Positions 1 through 8,134 of a stretch of 64,000 bases of DNA are shown here, in pieces. Numbering within the stretch: position 1 is the first letter of the stretch; every line of letters begins with the position of its first letter. The notes below the pieces were generated by a model, which was not told where the DNA came from, ran no database searches, and saw only the letters and a program-made list of their open reading frames with translations. Source of the DNA: Planctomycetota bacterium (GTDB lineage: Bacteria > Planctomycetota > UBA8742 > UBA2392); assembly GCA_020638675.1 (NCBI GenBank), contig JACKID010000001.1, forward strand, positions 2,125,537-2,189,536, read 5' to 3'. Position numbers and translations under genes: made by a program.

Positions 1-416
1 CTGCCTTCTGCATCAAGGACCCAGCAGTGGGGGATGCCACGCGTTTCGTACAGGCTGCCGATGTCGGCCTTCACGACGCCGTAGGTTGCGCTCTTGCCCT
101 CAATCAACTTGCTCTGGATCAGGTTGGCGTCTTCCTTGCTGACCGCAATAATCTCAAAGCCCTTCTCGCGGTACTTGTCATTCAGTTCCTGCAGGTGGGG
201 AACCCCCGCCATGCAAGGACCTCACCAAGTCGCCCAGCTTTCGATCAGAACGACACGGCCGCGGAACTGGTCGAGTTCCGTCTCGCCACCTGGGAAATTC
301 CAGCTCTTGTCGAACTTGAAGTTGGGGCCCATATCCCCAACGCCAAGCGCGCTCAGGCTGCCGGCAAAGACCATTGCCGTGACTGCAGCCAGCGCAAACA
401 TGGAAATGCGTTTCAT
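1..416 (-). CDS. TlpA/thioredoxin-like redoxin, probable selenoprotein (UGA = Sec at 222-224); 3' end beyond the window edge
   Basis: From ATG 416: signal peptide MKRISMFALAAVTAMVFAGSLSA, then RGRVVLIESWATW-TGA-GPCMAGVPHLQELNDKYREKGFEIIAVS...YETRGIPHCWVLDAEG. The frame stays open and TlpA-like after the TGA, which occupies the first Cys of WCxxC. Confidence 0.85.
187..219 (-). promoter_or_regulatory. Candidate bacterial SECIS element
   Basis: The mRNA just 3' of the UGA can fold as UCCU-U-GCA-U-GG-C-GGGG-(GUU)-CCCC-A-CC-UGC-AGGA, with bulged U residues and a G/U apical loop. Folded by eye. Confidence 0.6.
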
Positions 417-497
417 CTGCTCTCTCCCGTCGTGTGAGGACGACTTGGTTGGTGATCGTACGGACTTTAACACGGGCGAAGCGCCCAGAGCCTCCTA

Positions 498-1736
498 TTA
501 ATTAGTTGTTGATTGGGGACGCATTTTCTTACGCCACAAGTTCTGTGCGATCACCACAAATCCTGCCAAAACAGCACTTAGGAACAGAAGGCCAGAATCG
601 TCAGTAGTGCTGCAACCGCCCTCACCTTCGGCTTCCTTGGATTTGGGCTTCGGTGGGGACTTCGAAAGGTTGATGACGTCCCCGCTGATCAAGTTGGGGC
701 TCGTCACAAAGAAGTCCGCGGCGGCGCCCAATGCCCCAAGCACATCGGTCCGAACGATCGAGACTTCGACGGTGGCATTGGTGCCGGAACCGAAGTCGAT
801 CCCGACCCAGAACGTGCGCGCGCTGCCGCTTGGAATGTCGGTCAGTGTCTGGATCGGCGAGCCATCGAAGGTCACGCTGATCACGCTGCCTGCGATAACC
901 CACTTGCCAACATCCGTCGGGATGTGCGACAGAATCAGAACCTCGCCGCTGCCCGGCTCAAACGCAGAGTCACCGTCGTCCTGCCACAGGGTCAAGCGGG
1001 TCACAGCGGCCGTCTGGGCCGAATTGGCGCAGGTAACGGAGATCGTAATCGAGGCGAGGTCGATACCCTGAAGCTGGCCGGGCCCGGTCGGCGTGAGGCT
1101 GCTGACCGCGAACTGCAGTGCCGGCGCGTTCGTCTTGCCGTAGTAGGCGTTGCGCGGCGCGCTCGGATTGCCGGTGCCGGGGGCCAGCTGGTTCTCGCTG
1201 TGCCGAATCGAGATGTCGTTCGACGTCGCGACAGCGCTGCTGGTGATTGTATCTGTGCCGGGGTTTGTCAGCACGATGTCTGCCTGGGGATCGATGCTGA
1301 AGTTGTAGCTCTCGCCGTACACTACCGGGTTTGTGCCGATATCGACGCGTAACTGAAGCGTTCGGATGACTCCGCCGGGCGCTGTGAACGTTTCCGTGAA
1401 CGTGATGTCGTCCGTGGTGCCGTTGGGAACGATGGTGCTGGTCTCATCCAACTCCTCTAACGCGTCGAACGTTCCGTTGCCGTCAGCATCAAAGAAAGCC
1501 CGGACCCTGGTAAAGGCCTCATCGGCCAGGCCGAAATTGCTGATGTGGACCGTGATGGAGTCGATGTCCACGGACCCGCCGGTCGGTTGCAGCACGAATC
1601 TGGCCACCTCGACGTCTGTGTCGTTGAGTTGGTTGCCGAAGTCCGGGCCGGTGGTGCCGGACAGATTGAAGGCAAGGTTCGCGGCCGAAGCGGGTACAGC
1701 CAGCAGCAGCAGAATCGCGGCGATAACGGCCCGCAT
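498..1736 (-). CDS. Secreted protein with two Ig-like beta-sandwich modules and a MYXO-CTERM-like C-terminal anchor
   Basis: Signal peptide MRAVIAAILLLLAVPASA; two related modules with Ca-binding-like loops (FDADGNGTFD, WQDDGDSAFE); tail EGEGGCSTTDDS + hydrophobic helix + RKK. Confidence 0.75.
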   Translation of the reverse strand: MRAVIAAILLLLAVPASAANLAFNLSGTTGPDFGNQLNDTDVEVARFVLQPTGGSVDIDSITVHISNFGLADEAFTRVRAFFDADGNGTFDALEELDETSTIVPNGTTDDITFTETFTAPGGVIRTLQLRVDIGTNPVVYGESYNFSIDPQADIVLTNPGTDTITSSAVATSNDISIRHSENQLAPGTGNPSAPRNAYYGKTNAPALQFAVSSLTPTGPGQLQGIDLASITISVTCANSAQTAAVTRLTLWQDDGDSAFEPGSGEVLILSHIPTDVGKWVIAGSVISVTFDGSPIQTLTDIPSGSARTFWVGIDFGSGTNATVEVSIVRTDVLGALGAAADFFVTSPNLISGDVINLSKSPPKPKSKEAEGEGGCSTTDDSGLLFLSAVLAGFVVIAQNLWRKKMRPQSTTN

Positions 1737-2008
1737 GTGGAATCCTTTCGGGGTGTGTCAGGGTGAAACTGATAATAGCGCAAGATGTTGGCCGCGTAAT
1801 GGGCGGCGTGCGTGTAAAGTTGCGGCAGCGACAGACCGAGTCGACCGCAAACGGCCTCACGTAAGGCGTCAGGGCCAAACCACCCTCCCGGGCCCAACCG
1901 GACATAACATCGATTATCGGACGTAGGAACTGTGGCGACAGGGATAGCGTGGTGCGGATCGCGCCGCCTGTGCGGGCGCAGGCGCAGGTGCGGTGAGTTT
2001 GTCGGCCC

Positions 2009-2100
2009 AATGCCCTGGCTAATCGCAAGAGCGGATTCGGGTATGTCAGGAAAGGATACTCCGGGTCGCCCGGACCCTCAGAAAGCGATTCTGGGGCATT
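2009..2100 (+). ncRNA. Candidate structured RNA/DNA element of unknown family
   Basis: AATGCCCTGG-CT-AATCGC (2009-2026) pairs with GCGATT-CTGGGGCATT (2085-2100) and encloses further hairpins; G-U pairs favour the + strand. Lies in a 400-nt intergenic gap. Confidence 0.3.
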
Positions 2101-2139
2101 TTCGCGGGTTTGCCTCCGGAACATGCTTGAATTGTGGGT

Positions 2140-2574
2140 CTACGGGAGACGTGCCAGTGGAAGCCGGAATTCGAGGCTCCGTCGTGCCAACGTCAGCACT
2201 GTTTCGTGCCCTGCCGTGTCCACGGACAGGTCTTGAACCGCGCGCAGCAGCTCTCTGCTGCTCCCTACCCAGATCTCTCGCTCGGCCAGGTCGCGCACCT
2301 GGAACAGAAAATCATGCTCACCAGGAAGCCACAAGTCGGGCAGGCGAAGCTGATCGCCGACCGATGCCACCAGCGCACCCCAAGCCTTGTCCCCCACTGC
2401 CACAGTTTCAAAAGGCGCTGTGGGGGACTCTTCCCAGTTCAGGGCGTGGGGGAGTTCCTTGTTTATCCAGTGTCGCCAGGCCGAAACCGCGCCTGCGACC
2501 ACGTCTTCATCGGCTTCTTCCAGCGGCAAGAGCGTGGTGTACAGGCGTGTCAGCGTGCCCAGATGCAGTTTCAT
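2140..2574 (-). CDS. Hypothetical protein, translationally coupled to the HNH gene
   Basis: 144-aa ORF whose ATG overlaps the upstream stop (ATGA at 2571-2574); no motif recognised. Confidence 0.6.
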   Translation of the reverse strand: MKLHLGTLTRLYTTLLPLEEADEDVVAGAVSAWRHWINKELPHALNWEESPTAPFETVAVGDKAWGALVASVGDQLRLPDLWLPGEHDFLFQVRDLAEREIWVGSSRELLRAVQDLSVDTAGHETVLTLARRSLEFRLPLARLP

Positions 2575-3032
2575 TTCCAGAGGACTTTCTGTCCGCGGCG
2601 CAAATCCATGCTGATGTTGCCGCTCCAGATGCGCTGGTCAACGTCGTAGACGGCGTGGCAGAACTGGCAGAGCGCAGCCAGGTTCTCATCTGCGCAGTTC
2701 GTGGGGTCGTGGTCCAGATGCGCCGTCTGCAGCACGACGATGCTCTCCCGGATCTCCGGCGGGCGTCCGCCCGTCATGATCACGTGCTTCCACCACTGCT
2801 CTTTCGGCCAAGGCTCTGGCCCCGGCAGCTTCTTGCCGTGGCGGTTGTACCACTGGCCGTGCATGGCCCAGCAATTGTTGGCCCCCACCAGAACGGCTTC
2901 ACCGTGCGGCTTGGCGCACCACTCGCAAACACCGGCCGCACGCTCGAAACGTATGCGGCGGCTGATTCGCGCCCAGTTCTTCGGGTACTTCTTCTTCTGC
3001 GCGTTACGCCGGCGCTCGACCGGATCGTCCAT
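2571..3032 (-). CDS. Phage-type HNH endonuclease family protein
   Basis: YPKNWARISRRIRFERAAGVCEWC ... VVLQTAHLDHDPTNCADENLAALCQFCHAVYD: CxxC plus CxxCH zinc knuckle and H-N-H core. Confidence 0.8.
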   Translation of the reverse strand: MDDPVERRRNAQKKKYPKNWARISRRIRFERAAGVCEWCAKPHGEAVLVGANNCWAMHGQWYNRHGKKLPGPEPWPKEQWWKHVIMTGGRPPEIRESIVVLQTAHLDHDPTNCADENLAALCQFCHAVYDVDQRIWSGNISMDLRRGQKVLWK

Positions 3033-3162
3033 AGCCCCCCACTGTCTGCAACTCCCGATGTCCAGTGTACATCACCGTGCGACACGAACTTCGGTGGGTG
3101 TGTTTGACTTCACCCCTGCGCGTGGCTACGGTCGACGCAGCAAGCCGAGCAGAGGACGGAGC

Positions 3163-4041
3163 ATGTTTGAAGGCGCAATTACCGCATTGATCACGCCGTT
3201 TCAGGACGACCTGAGCGTAGACTTCGAGGCGCTGGACAGGCTGATTGAGCGCCAGATCGAGCAAGGCATTGAGGGCATCGTCCCATGCGGCAGCACCGGC
3301 GAAGCCATCACCCTGACACTGGACGAGCGCTGCGCGGTCATTGAGCGCACAGTGAAGACGGTCAACAAACGCGTTCCCGTCATTGCCGGCACCGGTGGCA
3401 GCGCGACGGCCGAAGTCGTCGAGGCCACGAAACGCGCACTCAAACTCGGCGCGGACGGCGCGCTGATCAACACTCCCGCCTACAACAAGCCGCAACAGGA
3501 AGGCCTGTATCTGCACTATGCAGCCGTCGCAAAGGCCGCGCCGGAGCTCCCGGTGATGCTCTACAACATCCCGGGACGCACGGCCGTGCTGATGGAAACC
3601 TCAACGATGGAGCGTCTGTGCAGCGAGTTCCCGAAGGTGTTTGTCGCGTACAAGGACGCAACCGGCAACCTGAAACAGACGGAAGAAGTGCTGCGCCGGA
3701 CGAAACTGACTGTGCTGTCAGGCGATGACGGGCTGACGCTGCCGATGATCAGCCTTGGCGCGAAGGGCATCGTGAGCGTCGCGGGCAATGTGATTCCGAA
3801 CCAGGTTCGGCAGCTCTCTGACTTGGCGCGTGCAGGCAAGCTTGCGGAGGCCGCTGCGCAGAACCACAAGAACACGCCTGTGGTCGACGCCTGCTTCGTC
3901 GAGAGCAACCCTGTTCCGGCAAAGTGGGGGGCGCACCTGCAGGGCTTGTGCAAGCCGCACGCCCGCCTGCCGCTGGCCCCGCTTACAGAGAAGAACCGCG
4001 AAGTTGTGCGCAAGGCGCTCGCCGACATCGGCGTTCTCTAG
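3163..4041 (+). CDS. dapA: 4-hydroxy-tetrahydrodipicolinate synthase
   Basis: MFEGAITALITPF, GSTGEA, MLYNIPGRT, YKDATG (Schiff-base Lys); start placed at ATG 3163 after GGAG. Confidence 0.95.
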   Translation: MFEGAITALITPFQDDLSVDFEALDRLIERQIEQGIEGIVPCGSTGEAITLTLDERCAVIERTVKTVNKRVPVIAGTGGSATAEVVEATKRALKLGADGALINTPAYNKPQQEGLYLHYAAVAKAAPELPVMLYNIPGRTAVLMETSTMERLCSEFPKVFVAYKDATGNLKQTEEVLRRTKLTVLSGDDGLTLPMISLGAKGIVSVAGNVIPNQVRQLSDLARAGKLAEAAAQNHKNTPVVDACFVESNPVPAKWGAHLQGLCKPHARLPLAPLTEKNREVVRKALADIGVL

Positions 4042-4061
4042 CGCGAGCCGCGTTCATGAAG

Positions 4062-4090
4062 CGAGGCGGCAGCCGCGTGCTGCCGCCTCG
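4062..4090. terminator. Hairpin between convergent dapA and S8 protease genes
   Basis: Perfect 12-bp stem CGAGGCGGCAGC/GCTGCCGCCTCG with a 5-nt loop. Confidence 0.7.
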
Positions 4091-4114
4091 ATCCATTTCT
4101 TGAATAGTGAGCAC

Positions 4115-7100
4115 TCAGGCTTTGCGGCGTCGGCTTACAATAACGGCCCCCACCGCCGCAAGCGACAGCAGGTACCACCAAGTCTGCGAGCCGCCCGTGC
4201 TGCAACCCCCACCGCCGCTGTCTCCCCCACCACTGCTGGACTTCGGCGCAACGCCCGTTTCGTTCACCCAGATCGTGACGATGTCCGTGGTGCTGAGCCC
4301 GGCGGCGTCGGTTACGGTCAGCTCGAATTGCAGTGTGTCGTCCACCCCCGGTGCAGTAAACGTCGGCTGAACGGCCGTTGGGCTCGACAACGCAACGGTG
4401 TTCGCCCCGGTGATCTGGAGCCACTGGTAGCTGAGTGTGTCGCCCGTGTTCGGGTCGGAACTTGCGGACGCATCAAGCTGAACGGATGCACCCCAGACAA
4501 CGGCAAAGTTTGGACCGGCGTTGGCCGAAGGCGGCAAGTTGAGTTCCACGGTCACGAGGACAGTATCGGTATCAAAGTCGCCCCGATCATCGGTGACCGT
4601 CACCTCAAACGTTACGACTTCGTTCTGCGTCACGGCAGGCGCCGTGAATGTCGGCTGCGACGCGGTCGCGCTGCTGAGGCTGAGCGTGATGGCGCCCGCG
4701 GTCTGAACCCACGCGTAGGTCAGCGGGTCGGCTTCAGGATCAGTCGATCCCGAGGCATCGAGCTGCCCTGTGGCCCCCGGCAGCAGCCCGAAGTCGCCGC
4801 CCGCATCGGCAACAGGCGCGAGATTGTTCGTGATCGTCACCTGAACCGTGTCGGTGTCTGAGTCGCCCCGATTGTCGGTCGCGGTCAGTTGGAACACGAC
4901 CACTTCATCCTGCGCGACACTGGGCGCCGTGAAAGTTGGTTGTGCCGCCGAAGAGTTGCTGAGTGCGAGTGAGATCGCGCCGCTGATCTGCGTCCACGCG
5001 TAGGTGACAGGATCGCTTTCAGGGTCCGTCGTGCCAGTGGCATCTAGCTGGCCGCCATTGTTTTCCCTGACTCCGAAATCTGTACCGGCGTCGGCAACCG
5101 GCGGCAAGTTGTTCGATACTGTCACGTTCACTGTGTCCGTGTCTGTCAATCCGGATGGATCAGTTACCGTAAGCTGGAAGGTGACGACCTGGTCCTGCGA
5201 TACCGCCGGCGCAGTAAACGTCGGCTGGGCGACTGTTGCACTGCTGAGGTTCAGCGCGATGGCGCCGCCGGTCTGCTGCCAGATGTAGCTGACCGGATCG
5301 CCGTCGCTGTCGCTGCTGCCGGTGGCGTCCAGCTGGCCTCCGGATGATTCCCGAACGGTCGCGTTGCTGCCGGCGTCTGCCGTCGGTGCAGCATTCGTGC
5401 GCAGGTCGAATTCGATCGCGAGATAGGCAAGGTTGCCCGTGTTGCCGCTGACGGTGTCGGTGATCTTGACGGTCCAAGTTCCCTGCACGTACTCGTACAG
5501 GAAGGCCGCTACATCATCGTCATCCTGCTTGGTGTCCGGGAAGACGGCGATGATGTCGGTTTCGGCATTCAGCACACCATTGTTCGTGGTCTTGAGATTG
5601 ACGGTAGTCGCGCTCGGGCTGGTCAACGTAATCGCCAGGTCGCCACGGCGTTCATGGTAGATGCGGGTATGTACCCGGACGCCCATCACGATGCGCGCGT
5701 CATTCACGCTAAAGGTGCGCGAGATGCCGGTCGTGCTGTTGTCCGGAATGCTGACCGGTGTACCGCTGTTGACCGAGTCCTCCTTGAAGACCTTCTGCAA
5801 CCCGATGTTGTGGCTGCTTGCGATCACGAAACCGGTAGCGTCGTTCGGCACACCAGTCTGCGGGTTTGCGGGGATGCTGTAGCCGGTAACGCGCAAGGTC
5901 CAGGTTCCCGCCGCCGGGCTGTCGACATGAACCAGCTCGATGTTGTCGCGGCGATTTGGTCCCGCGGTCGTGAACGTGTAGGCGTCGTCGCCGGATGCTA
6001 CGGTCGTCACGCCTGAGTACGGGTAATGGATGCCGCCGGACGGGTCCTCCAGTTCTATGTCGAGATCATTGACCAGCGAGATCGACGCACCCGCGCTGGC
6101 CCACACGTCAAGCCAGTCGAGAACGATGTGGATCGGATCGCTGGTGCCGACGTTGAACGTGTACTCCTTCACGTCACCGCTGCGGACAGTACCCCGGAAG
6201 ATGCGATCTCCGCCGCCGGCTTTGTCGGCAAGGATCAGGTCCGCGGCCGCCTGGCAATCGACGATGCCGAAGCCGAATCGATAGTCCGGCCCGGTGTTGT
6301 ATTGATCGCGGCAGGTCTGGGCCAGCACGGCGCGGGCGACGTCAGGAGTGAACATCTGGTCGTTGTGTTCGTGCCGCCAAAGCTGGCTGAGCAGCACCAC
6401 GGAGCCGCACACACTCGGGCCTGACATGCTGGTTCCTGACAGTGACTGGTAGGCGTCGTCCGCGCTGACGACGGAGCTGGTAAGGCCTACTCCGTTGGCG
6501 CAGAACTGCGGCACGAGACGCCCGTCCAGCGCCGGCCCTCTGCTCGAGAAGCCTGCGAGTGCCTCGCTGTCGTCGGCCGCCGCAATGATGAACCCGTTCC
6601 GGTGCGCGTTGTAGGTAGGAACCGAGCAGGTCGGGTTGCCGGTCCCAAACGGCTTCGCATAGGTCCCGCCCGGCTTGCTGGTGGCGTAGTTTCCCGCCGA
6701 TTGCACCTGGCACAGCAGCAAATCGCGGTTCGTGATGTCCGTTTCCTGGGTGCCCGCGTTGTACTGGCCCCAGTCGTCGGCGCCGCCGGTGAAGTCCGCG
6801 TAGCTGTGGTTGTCGGCGACGTGATTGAAGCTGTGGCGTGCGTCGCGCCGCTCGGAGTCGATGTTGTTCCACAGATGAACCAGCGCGCACGCCTTTGGCG
6901 CGTACCCCTCTGCCGTGGCGTTGCCCGTGCCGTCGCCGACAATCGTGCCTGTCACGTGGCCCGCGTGGTAGAACATCGATGCCGTAGTGTTGACGTTGTA
7001 GACGCGGCTGGTACTCGGCCAGCCGGCCGGTGCCGTAACACCCGCGAGGCCCCCATACTGTTCATGCGTCATGCGTGCGACGCCGCCGTCCCAGACTCCG

Positions 7101-7912
7101 GCCACCTGACCATCTCCGTCGAGGTTGTAGGGACTGACACCTATGATCGCCGGCGTTGCGTTTGACATTGCCGCGCTTGTCTGATTCGTGCTGACCTTGA
7201 ATCCGCTCAGCGTCACTTGCTCTACGAGGTTGCTCGCGAAGACCGCGCGTGCGCCTGCGTCGTCGACTCGCAGCGTCACGAACGGTGAGGCGCCGGCCAG
7301 GCTGCCGTCCAGAATCACGGCCTCCGCATCGTCGAGCAGCCCCGACGCCTGCTGAAGCGTCACGTCACGCCAGAAGAGCACGCGGTACTCACCGGACAGG
7401 TTGCCCTTGTCGAGTCGCGCGTAGATGTCGGCGGTAAGCTTGTCCTCCGGACGCTGCAGAAGCGTGCCTACCACGGCCGGTTCTCCCGCCAGAATGGCCG
7501 CCATGCTCTCGAGTGATGAAGCGCCGCCAGCTCTGAGGATGTGCGTATGTGGATTGCAGTAGCCGACAAAGGACGCGCCAGCTGCTGCGAGACTGTCCGC
7601 GAACGCGCGTGTGAGGTCGCGATCGAGCCTTACATAGAAAGGCTCCCCGGCATCGGTCGGCATCGGACGCGACGGTTCGGCCAGCGCGAATCGCGAATCC
7701 AGACGAATGAGTCTCGCGCGCTGCTCGGGTGCGAGGGCAAGCTCAAATGCAGCCTGCGCGCTGTAGTCAAATGGCGCTCCGGAATCGAGTCTGGTCGATG
7801 CAGGGTCATCGCCCGGGCCCTGCTGGCCTTGCAGATCGTGGGGCCTGATTGCCAGAAACACTGCCGCAAGCGCCACAACGGCCGCGAGGGCGTAGGCGGA
7901 TTTGGTCCGCAT
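4115..7912 (-). CDS. S8 subtilisin-like serine protease with P-domain, four PKD/K319L-like repeats and a MYXO-CTERM-like tail (paralogue 1)
   Basis: Triad motifs VWDGG, HAGHVTGTI, SGTSMSGP and oxyanion SAGN; P-domain (SIPDNSTTGISRTF...HERRGDL); four PxADAG/PxANAG repeats; GGGGCSTGG-TM-RRRKA. Start ATG 7912 after GGAGG. Confidence 0.92.
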   Translation of the reverse strand: MRTKSAYALAAVVALAAVFLAIRPHDLQGQQGPGDDPASTRLDSGAPFDYSAQAAFELALAPEQRARLIRLDSRFALAEPSRPMPTDAGEPFYVRLDRDLTRAFADSLAAAGASFVGYCNPHTHILRAGGASSLESMAAILAGEPAVVGTLLQRPEDKLTADIYARLDKGNLSGEYRVLFWRDVTLQQASGLLDDAEAVILDGSLAGASPFVTLRVDDAGARAVFASNLVEQVTLSGFKVSTNQTSAAMSNATPAIIGVSPYNLDGDGQVAGVWDGGVARMTHEQYGGLAGVTAPAGWPSTSRVYNVNTTASMFYHAGHVTGTIVGDGTGNATAEGYAPKACALVHLWNNIDSERRDARHSFNHVADNHSYADFTGGADDWGQYNAGTQETDITNRDLLLCQVQSAGNYATSKPGGTYAKPFGTGNPTCSVPTYNAHRNGFIIAAADDSEALAGFSSRGPALDGRLVPQFCANGVGLTSSVVSADDAYQSLSGTSMSGPSVCGSVVLLSQLWRHEHNDQMFTPDVARAVLAQTCRDQYNTGPDYRFGFGIVDCQAAADLILADKAGGGDRIFRGTVRSGDVKEYTFNVGTSDPIHIVLDWLDVWASAGASISLVNDLDIELEDPSGGIHYPYSGVTTVASGDDAYTFTTAGPNRRDNIELVHVDSPAAGTWTLRVTGYSIPANPQTGVPNDATGFVIASSHNIGLQKVFKEDSVNSGTPVSIPDNSTTGISRTFSVNDARIVMGVRVHTRIYHERRGDLAITLTSPSATTVNLKTTNNGVLNAETDIIAVFPDTKQDDDDVAAFLYEYVQGTWTVKITDTVSGNTGNLAYLAIEFDLRTNAAPTADAGSNATVRESSGGQLDATGSSDSDGDPVSYIWQQTGGAIALNLSSATVAQPTFTAPAVSQDQVVTFQLTVTDPSGLTDTDTVNVTVSNNLPPVADAGTDFGVRENNGGQLDATGTTDPESDPVTYAWTQISGAISLALSNSSAAQPTFTAPSVAQDEVVVFQLTATDNRGDSDTDTVQVTITNNLAPVADAGGDFGLLPGATGQLDASGSTDPEADPLTYAWVQTAGAITLSLSSATASQPTFTAPAVTQNEVVTFEVTVTDDRGDFDTDTVLVTVELNLPPSANAGPNFAVVWGASVQLDASASSDPNTGDTLSYQWLQITGANTVALSSPTAVQPTFTAPGVDDTLQFELTVTDAAGLSTTDIVTIWVNETGVAPKSSSGGGDSGGGGCSTGGSQTWWYLLSLAAVGAVIVSRRRKA

Positions 7913-8091
7913 GCTGCCTCCAGGGAATGTCTGAATAGCTGCTCGACTCGGGATCGATTTCCGCACCGATTCACTGCTGGAGGCATTGGAGACTTTTGAT
8001 GTGCAGAAATTCTAACTTCGGAAGTCTAAGTCCCCCAAGCCATTATCGTCATGAATTTGGCACCGAGCGGTCTGAAACGCCGCAAATGAAA

Positions 8092-8117
8092 ACCGGGAGC
8101 GCATGCGCGCCCCCGGT
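8092..8117 (-). terminator. Rho-independent terminator after S8 paralogue 2
   Basis: On the - strand ACCGGGGGCGCGCATGCGCTCCCGGT is followed by TTTCATTT. Confidence 0.7.
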
Positions 8118-8134
8118 GCGTGGCTGCGATGTTC

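Noticed and set aside
222-473. 83-aa ORF or pseudogene interpretation of the redoxin
   Set aside because: The TGA at the catalytic Cys, the intact downstream frame and the SECIS-like hairpin favour Sec readthrough. The real start is more likely ATG 416.
2009-2100. Assignment as tRNA-Sec, SRP RNA or a known riboswitch
   Set aside because: No cloverleaf with T-loop or CCA, no SRP domain IV sequence, and no TPP, glycine, SAM or c-di-GMP core. Kept only as an unassigned candidate.
2140-3032. Calling the HNH pair a mobile element or prophage
   Set aside because: No integrase, transposase, terminal repeats, att-like duplication or virion genes are visible.
1932-3107. Extended + strand ORFs upstream of dapA (1932-3107, and 2701 as the dapA start)
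   Set aside because: They overlap the - strand HNH pair; dapA homology begins at ATG 3163, which has its own RBS.
4255-5400. ~285-nt quasi-repeats, also at about 8300-9170
   Set aside because: These are in-frame PKD domain repeats of the proteases, not CRISPR or REP arrays; there are no identical direct repeats or spacers.
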